From IMG/VR virus record IMGVR_UViG_3300044630_004720: a DNA stretch of 64,000 bases, one strand, 5' to 3'. Position numbers and translations under genes: made by a program. This document shows, piece by piece, positions 57,947 through 64,000 of the stretch; the stretch's first letter is position 1; each line of letters starts with the position of its first letter. The DNA is from a virus. Its lineage: Duplodnaviria; Caudoviricetes. Under the pieces are notes generated by a model. The model saw only the letters and a list, made by a program, of their open reading frames with translations, ran no database searches and had not been told where the DNA came from.

Positions 57947-59074
57947 ATGGCAAATTTAACAATATCTTGGACGGCACCAACACCTTGTGTTGGATGTACT
58001 TACGAATATAGATATAAATTATCTACTGATACGACTTATATAACAGGAGCAACATCAAATACTTCTGTGTCGATTTCATCATTAACAGACGCGGCGACAT
58101 ATTATTATGGTGTAAGAACTGTTTGTGGTAGTATAAGAAGTGCTTGGTCAAACACATCCAATCCATCTGCTTTTACTGTTACTTGTGATAGTGAACCACC
58201 ATTAACTGCTACACCTACACCAACACCTACATCGACACCTACAATTGGACCAACTGCAACACCAACCGCAACACCAACCGCAACACCAACACCAACTGCG
58301 ACAGCAACCCCAACACCTACACCTACGGCAACTTTAACATCATATTGTGTTAGATTAACAATAGGTACTGTACAAAATGGTGGCGTTTGTTCATATGACA
58401 AATACAGAACTGCGACAGTAACATTGTACGATGCAACAGGCACTAACGTTGTTAATGCACCATCTGATATTGAAATAGTATTAGAAGTCTATACTGATGG
58501 AATATTTTCACCTGTAACAATAACAATACCTAGTGGACAACCTTCAGGTTCAGATGACATATATGTTTTAGTTTGGGATGATTGCGGTGAAAGAAATGAA
58601 TCATTCGCAAGCACAATAGATGGTATATGGAGCACTCCTGCAAATATTACCGAATGTGTGACTCCTACACCGACACCTACATCACCACCAGTCTACCTTT
58701 ATTATAGAGCAAATGAAATACTTTGGGATAACGTAGGAACAACATATTGTACTTTACCAGGGTATACTATGACGGGTCCATTATATTCTCTTAGTGCAAC
58801 GTTTACACCGGGTTCAACAGTATTATATACTGATTACGGATTACAAGATACATATGTGGGTCAATGGACCAATAGTTCAAACTATCGATTTGCATATATT
58901 TCACAAGCACAACACGAAGCATATTTAAATTATCCAAGCTACCCTAACACATATGACCCAGACGGTGATGGAAATATGGGAGGAATATTTAAGTGGGCAG
59001 GAGTAGACGCGTCAGGTGTGGTACAAACAACAGGAACTTATAGTTGTTCCGGTGGCGGCGGCGGAACCGAATAA
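57947..59074 (+). CDS. Fn3-domain, Pro-Thr-rich fibre-like protein
   Basis: LTISWTAP...YEYRYK...SVSISSLTDAATYYYGVRTVC is a fibronectin type III pattern; two PT tracts; TATTTATA at 57935. Confidence 0.65.
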   Translation: MANLTISWTAPTPCVGCTYEYRYKLSTDTTYITGATSNTSVSISSLTDAATYYYGVRTVCGSIRSAWSNTSNPSAFTVTCDSEPPLTATPTPTPTSTPTIGPTATPTATPTATPTPTATATPTPTPTATLTSYCVRLTIGTVQNGGVCSYDKYRTATVTLYDATGTNVVNAPSDIEIVLEVYTDGIFSPVTITIPSGQPSGSDDIYVLVWDDCGERNESFASTIDGIWSTPANITECVTPTPTPTSPPVYLYYRANEILWDNVGTTYCTLPGYTMTGPLYSLSATFTPGSTVLYTDYGLQDTYVGQWTNSSNYRFAYISQAQHEAYLNYPSYPNTYDPDGDGNMGGIFKWAGVDASGVVQTTGTYSCSGGGGGTE

Positions 59075-59096
59075 TAAAAAAGAGTATTTATAAGAT

Positions 59097-61307
59097 ATGA
59101 GTTTTTTACACGAAAATGAATCAGAGCATATAGCGGCAAGAATTACCAATGAAGGTAGACAAAAAATTGCTGAGGGTAATTTCAATGTTGAATATTTCCA
59201 AATCGGGGATTCTGAATTTGATTACAATTTTGATGCTTACAATGGTATAACAGGAACAACAAATCCTTCACAAAAAGTTTTTACACCATTAGATAAAGAT
59301 TCAATCGTGAAATACCCATATAAAGTTTCACAATCATCAATTACGGGTACAACATACGGTACACCCGTACAAGTTTCTCAAATTGAAACAATTAGAAATG
59401 AGATGGGTCCTGCTGGTTTTGTTTCAGCGTATTTAGAATTTGACGACAGTACGAGTCCTTGTACAGGTTCAACTATTGAATGTACACACACTCAGGTATC
59501 AATATCTGCGATTTCAGGAACAACAACTTTATATATAACAGGAGGAACATTTTCAGATTGTGAATTTATAACAATCGCATTTACACAACTAATTGGAACT
59601 GACCCATCTCATCCAATCATCAGCGGCTCATCAACAAGTTTAATTTATAAAGTATTAAGTTACACATCAGATGTAACTGTAAACACATTAACATTAGATA
59701 GAAATATGCCAAATATGGCATCAATATGTTCGGGAGGATTTGCAACAGTTATTTGTAATAAGTGTAATCCATTTTTTTCAGGACAATACGATACTGATTT
59801 AACTTGTTTACCAAATACACAAAATCCTGAAGACCAACAAGACCCTTGGACGTTAAATATCGTTTGGAGTACGGAACCCGCGGGTATGGATGTTTTCGAA
59901 GCAAATCAAGATGATAGAGATGAAGAAATATCCGGATACACTTCAAACATATTTGTATCAATAAAAGAATTTTTAGGATATGGTTCATCATCAGGTCAAA
60001 CATCAAATACGGGAACAACAATCACAAACACATTTGGTGACGTTGTAATCGTAACACCTGAAGAACAACATTCATTGGCTATATTACACTATTCGGAATT
60101 GAATAGTGAGAGAGAACCTGAAAAGTTTTTTAAATACGAAGATTATATTAGTACGAATGATAGTGTTGAAGATGCTTTACTTTACGATGAAGATAATGCG
60201 GAAGTAACTGATAGGCAATACTTTGAAATTTATATACCATTTCTTTATTATGAAAGAAATACCGGTTCAACAATAGGTGCTAGATTCTTTATGGGTACGA
60301 CTGATTATTACATTAACTCAAGTGCAATTGATACTAAATTGAATAAGTTGAAGTATCGTTATTTGATTGATGAGCAAAATGTAAAAGTTGGTAAGATATT
60401 CTACAATCACAAAACGATTGTATTTGACGACCAAGAAATTGTTGCAACATTAGATTATAAATCAAATAGAAAATATACATTGCCAATTCCGAGAGTTGCA
60501 CAAGTTCCTGTTGATACAAAATGTGGTGTTGATGGTAATCCATTAGAACCATTAATGAGTGGAACAACAGGTCAGACAGTATATGTAAGTTATCTATTTA
60601 GTGGAAATACTTCACTTAACGGACTACATTGTAATCATTATTCAAAAATAACAGGAACAACATTAAACGCTGATATTTCATTTAAATTTTCCGACAATAG
60701 TTTTCAATTTATGAGAACAACAGATTGTGGAAATATATCGGGATACACAGCAACTAAAATGTATGCTTTAGTGCAGTTAGTAGATACAGGTGAGCAACCG
60801 GAACCAAGTAATTGGAGAAAAATTGATATAACGTCAGATATACCCGGTCATACTGTTGGTTCATTAATTAATCCCATTAATTTAAGAGGAACAAGATTTA
60901 TAATCACAAACAATGATTATGAATTTATTTCATTTGGCGGAAACGCAAGTCGTTATGATATTGAGGATTATCTTGGTAATTTCCCTGATAATCCCGCGGC
61001 AGACCACCCAATATATTCAGGTAGTAGTTATTTAATGACAACTCCTCAGTTCGGAGATAAACAACCATTCCCCGGTTCAATTAAATTGGTAAGAGCAAGT
61101 GATTTAGCTGTGATGAGATTCTTAGTGAATCTTCCATCAGGAACATTTGAATCAACTCAAAACCCAACATACGTTTCAGGTAAACAAAAGAAGATAACGG
61201 AGATTGCATTACTAAATGCAAACAAAGATGTTATTGTAATTGGAAAAACACCAAAACCAATCAATAGAACAGGTACACAAGTCTTCGCAGTTAAAATAGA
61301 TTTATAA
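59097..61307 (+). CDS. Tail-collar/fibre-attachment-like structural protein
   Basis: N-terminal ITNEGRQKIA...EYFQIGD and C-terminal ITEIALLN...IVIGKTPKPI match the two ends of the tail-collar fibre (DUF3751-type) pattern as recalled; TATTTATA at 59085. Confidence 0.5.
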   Translation: MSFLHENESEHIAARITNEGRQKIAEGNFNVEYFQIGDSEFDYNFDAYNGITGTTNPSQKVFTPLDKDSIVKYPYKVSQSSITGTTYGTPVQVSQIETIRNEMGPAGFVSAYLEFDDSTSPCTGSTIECTHTQVSISAISGTTTLYITGGTFSDCEFITIAFTQLIGTDPSHPIISGSSTSLIYKVLSYTSDVTVNTLTLDRNMPNMASICSGGFATVICNKCNPFFSGQYDTDLTCLPNTQNPEDQQDPWTLNIVWSTEPAGMDVFEANQDDRDEEISGYTSNIFVSIKEFLGYGSSSGQTSNTGTTITNTFGDVVIVTPEEQHSLAILHYSELNSEREPEKFFKYEDYISTNDSVEDALLYDEDNAEVTDRQYFEIYIPFLYYERNTGSTIGARFFMGTTDYYINSSAIDTKLNKLKYRYLIDEQNVKVGKIFYNHKTIVFDDQEIVATLDYKSNRKYTLPIPRVAQVPVDTKCGVDGNPLEPLMSGTTGQTVYVSYLFSGNTSLNGLHCNHYSKITGTTLNADISFKFSDNSFQFMRTTDCGNISGYTATKMYALVQLVDTGEQPEPSNWRKIDITSDIPGHTVGSLINPINLRGTRFIITNNDYEFISFGGNASRYDIEDYLGNFPDNPAADHPIYSGSSYLMTTPQFGDKQPFPGSIKLVRASDLAVMRFLVNLPSGTFESTQNPTYVSGKQKKITEIALLNANKDVIVIGKTPKPINRTGTQVFAVKIDL

Positions 61308-61348
61308 AACCATTTACAAAACAAAATATATTATTTATATATTGTTTT

Positions 61349-61960
61349 ATGGAGAATAGTCTAAAAAACAAAGCGAAGATTTTGGGTCTCGACATCTCAA
61401 CCAAAACTATTGGTTGGGCTCTTTTTGATATGAATGGTTCTAAACTTTTAGAACTTACTCATTTCTCACCCAAAATAAAACCACAGCCGGAGGAAAAGAT
61501 TGAGGAGTTGTTATTGAAAGCAGAAGCATTCAAAAAACACATCGAAGGTTATAAAAATATGGGTATCTCAAGAATCGTAATTGAAGAACCTTTACTACAA
61601 TCTAATAACGTTTATACTGTCGGTACATTATTAAGATACAATACATTGATTCTTAAGAATTGTTATGATGTGTTTGGTATCGTACCAACATTTATATCGA
61701 CCTACAATGCAAGAAAATTTGCGTTCCCTGACTTGGTTGGAGAAAATGATAAAGGTAGAAACGTACTATTTGGTGGATATCCAAAAGACATCGATAAGAA
61801 ACACGTCATTTGGGAACACGTAAATGCAGTTTGTCCTGATGTTAGTTGGTTATATGGAAAGACAGGTAGTCTGAAAAAAGAAAATTATGATATGGCGGAT
61901 GCTGCAACTGCGGTGATTGGTTTTGTCAATATGTTGAAATCAGAAAAATCCGGCAAGTAA
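61349..61960 (+). CDS. ruvC: RuvC-like Holliday junction resolvase
   Basis: ILGLDIST..IGWA, IVIEEP, DMADA. Confidence 0.8.
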   Translation: MENSLKNKAKILGLDISTKTIGWALFDMNGSKLLELTHFSPKIKPQPEEKIEELLLKAEAFKKHIEGYKNMGISRIVIEEPLLQSNNVYTVGTLLRYNTLILKNCYDVFGIVPTFISTYNARKFAFPDLVGENDKGRNVLFGGYPKDIDKKHVIWEHVNAVCPDVSWLYGKTGSLKKENYDMADAATAVIGFVNMLKSEKSGK

Positions 61961-62000
61961 AATTTTACATTAGGAAAAAACAATAATATATTTATTAATA

Positions 62001-62072
62001 GGACGGGACGTGGAGATAAAAATCCGCGTTTGGTTGGTGTTCCCCCGGAGTGGTGTCCGGGGGATTTTTTTT
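62001..62072 (+). ncRNA. Candidate structured small RNA (two hairpins, the second a terminator)
   Basis: GC-rich island directly after TATTTAT (61989-61995); hairpin GGACGTGGA/TCCGCGTTT, then perfect TCCCCCGGA/TCCGGGGGA and T8. Confidence 0.45.
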
Positions 62073-62101
62073 ATCCCTTTTTTTTTCTTATATTTTGTAC
62101 T

Positions 62102-63043
62102 ATGGGTACATCCGATTTTGATTACGGACCAATAGTAGACATTCTCGAAGACATTTTGGGTGATTATCGAATGCATAATGACTACAAAGGTCAGATGTCT
62201 TTTGATTGCCCTGTTTGTTCGTATGAGATAAAAGGGTTGGACCACGGAGATGGAAAAGGTAATCTTGAGGTGAATTACAAATATAACGTTTATAAATGTT
62301 GGTCTTGTGGTGAAACAAATGATACCCACGGGTCAATACATAAATTGATTAAAAAGTACGGAACCACAAAACATTTAAAAAGATACGAATTGATTATGCC
62401 TGAAGAGGCATATGAGAACACTAAAGTGAAAAAAAATTATGTAAGATTACCTAAGGAGTTCATCCCATTCACATCAGTTAGTGAAGGATTAAAGAAAACA
62501 CATTTTTATAAACAAGCACTCAATTACATACAGAAAAGAAATATAACAGATGAAATAATAAAAAGAAATAATATTGGATTCTGTTATGATGGTCATTATA
62601 TGAATAGAATTATTATACCATCATATGATGAGAATAATAATTTGAATTATTTTATTGCTAGGTCCTACGAACATAAACCAAAATTAAAATATAAAAACCC
62701 CGAAGCTCAAAAAGAAATAATCATTTGGAACGAACACTTAATTAAGTGGGACGAACCAATATACATTGTGGAAGGTGCATTTGATAGTATCTTTTTAGAA
62801 AATTCAATCCCGATGTTAGGTAAAGTGATGAGTGAAAAATTATTCTCATTACTTTATGAAAAGGCTAAAGAGATTATTGTTGTACTTGATGGAGATGCTT
62901 GGGAAAACACACAAAGAATATATAATAAACTAAATGGTGGTAGATTGTTTGGAAGTGTGTGGGCAATAAAATTACCAATCGATAAAGATGTTGCAGATTT
63001 GCAAGGAGACTTATCCCAATTTGAAAAAATACAATTAAAATAA
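62102..63043 (+). CDS. dnaG: DNA primase (Zn finger + TOPRIM)
   Basis: CPVC...YKCWSC, RIIIP, YFIARS, IVEGAFD, LDGDA. Start placed at MGTSDF; the upstream in-frame extension is structured RNA/poly-T. Confidence 0.9.
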   Translation: MGTSDFDYGPIVDILEDILGDYRMHNDYKGQMSFDCPVCSYEIKGLDHGDGKGNLEVNYKYNVYKCWSCGETNDTHGSIHKLIKKYGTTKHLKRYELIMPEEAYENTKVKKNYVRLPKEFIPFTSVSEGLKKTHFYKQALNYIQKRNITDEIIKRNNIGFCYDGHYMNRIIIPSYDENNNLNYFIARSYEHKPKLKYKNPEAQKEIIIWNEHLIKWDEPIYIVEGAFDSIFLENSIPMLGKVMSEKLFSLLYEKAKEIIVVLDGDAWENTQRIYNKLNGGRLFGSVWAIKLPIDKDVADLQGDLSQFEKIQLK

Positions 63044-63900
63044 TGGATTTAAAATTAATATCTGAAGAGATAAATGAATTACTCGAAGTAAGACGTAAAG
63101 AATTAGAACTAACCTTTATAGAGGACCAACACACGTATTATATGAAAGATACGAATGGTGTGTTGAGAAAAACCTTTCCATCGGTATCAAAAGTAGTTAA
63201 AAAGTTTCATAAACATTTTGATGCGGAAGGTACCGCACTAAGAATGTCAAATGGTGACCCTGAAGCTGCTAGGTTATTACAAGAACAGTGGAAAGAAGCT
63301 GGTTCATATTCTACAAATATGGGAAGTAGAGTTCACTTTGAATTGGAGAGTTATACTGTCGATATGTTCGGTGGTTATAAAGATGTTAGACAACCAATAT
63401 TTGAAGTGGATGAATCTCAAATATTGAAGAGTGATAGTATGATTAGTGCAGGTAAAGAGTTCGTAGAACTAATGGTTAAAAGAGGTGCAATTCTAATTGA
63501 TACGGAAAGTGTACTTGGTGACAATGAACTTGAGTATACAGGACAACCAGATAAGTTGTGGTTAATGATGAATAAAGAACAAACCGATTTTGGATTGGTG
63601 ATTACCGATTGGAAAACAAATCAACCTAAAAACTTCGAAGTTCAACATTATACAGGAAGAATGTTTGCTCCGTTTCAAGAATATCACGACACTGCTTTAG
63701 GACATTATTATTTACAATTACCATTATATGCAAGATTGTTCTTAAAAATGTTGAAAGGAACAAAATATGAAAATATTAAATTGTTGGGTTGTGTTATTGT
63801 TTTATTAAAAGATGACGGAACATTCGTTGAATACAAAGTTCCGGCTCAAGTGAACAACACAATTTTAAATATGGATATTACAAAATACACAAAGAAATGA
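63043..63900 (+). CDS. PD-(D/E)XK (RecB/Cas4-like) exonuclease
   Basis: PSVSKVV, GSRVHFELE, TGQPDKLW, ITDWKT, YYLQLPLY. Confidence 0.85.
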   Translation: MDLKLISEEINELLEVRRKELELTFIEDQHTYYMKDTNGVLRKTFPSVSKVVKKFHKHFDAEGTALRMSNGDPEAARLLQEQWKEAGSYSTNMGSRVHFELESYTVDMFGGYKDVRQPIFEVDESQILKSDSMISAGKEFVELMVKRGAILIDTESVLGDNELEYTGQPDKLWLMMNKEQTDFGLVITDWKTNQPKNFEVQHYTGRMFAPFQEYHDTALGHYYLQLPLYARLFLKMLKGTKYENIKLLGCVIVLLKDDGTFVEYKVPAQVNNTILNMDITKYTKK

Positions 63901-64000
63901 TAAAGAAAATAATTCACATTGCGGACTTACACATTCGTACAATTCAACTACACGAATTGTATAAAACACAATTTGATAGATTCATTGAAGAAATTAGAGA
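63897..64000 (+). CDS. Metallophosphoesterase (Mre11/SbcD/gp47-like), 3'-truncated
   Basis: MIKKIIHIADLHIR: DxH motif I; ATGA overlap with the upstream stop. Confidence 0.75.
   Translation, partial: MIKKIIHIADLHIRTIQLHELYKTQFDRFIEEIR

Noticed and set aside
49756-58443. Long minus-strand (GV)n ORFs and off-frame ORFs over the PT tracts
   Set aside because: They are the antisense or shifted reading of ACN-CCN repeats, which lacks stop codons; no independent start signals.
1359-63134. Remaining short antisense or overlapping ORFs in the ORF track
   Set aside because: They lie fully within well-supported genes, have no recognisable motifs and no start context.
1-64000. Stop-codon reassignment, as seen in some large phages
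   Set aside because: Very long ORFs are intact under the standard code, and TAG (12098, 29537) and TGA (52850, 63898) end genes at natural boundaries.
1-64000. tRNA or rRNA genes
   Set aside because: No cloverleaf or T-loop signature seen in the few intergenic gaps; tRNAscan-SE would confirm.

Overview
64 kb AT-rich, gene-dense, standard-code segment of a large T4-like (myovirus-type) bacteriophage. The host is probably in Bacteroidota; this is inferred from the A-rich, Shine-Dalgarno-less start regions, TT(G/T)-N20-TATA(T/C)TTT promoter-like motifs and a SprB-like repeat. In order, the window holds: (1) the 3' part of a family B DNA polymerase; (2) neck/tail-completion genes and an SNF2 helicase; (3) tail sheath, tube, chaperone, tape measure and baseplate hub genes; (4) a replication/recombination block (gp32-like SSB, RecA/UvsX, 5'-3' exonuclease, DnaB-like helicase, NrdB, NrdA); (5) baseplate wedge genes; (6) five Cys-rich, Pro-Thr-repeat fibre-like genes; (7) a RuvC-like resolvase, primase, PD-(D/E)XK nuclease and a truncated metallophosphoesterase. 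Most notable: a free-standing, apparently catalytically intact Hint (intein-like) gene among the fibre genes, plus an apparently dead Hint-like domain inside the 2446-aa wedge/fibre protein; a TATTTAT sense-strand motif just before most virion genes (the reverse complement of the T4 late promoter); an unannotated RHH gene with a phased AAGATA array; a parS-like site and a CTAG array between sheath and tube; a candidate chaperone frameshift; and a GC-rich structured candidate small RNA. All family calls come from motif recognition by eye, not from database searches.
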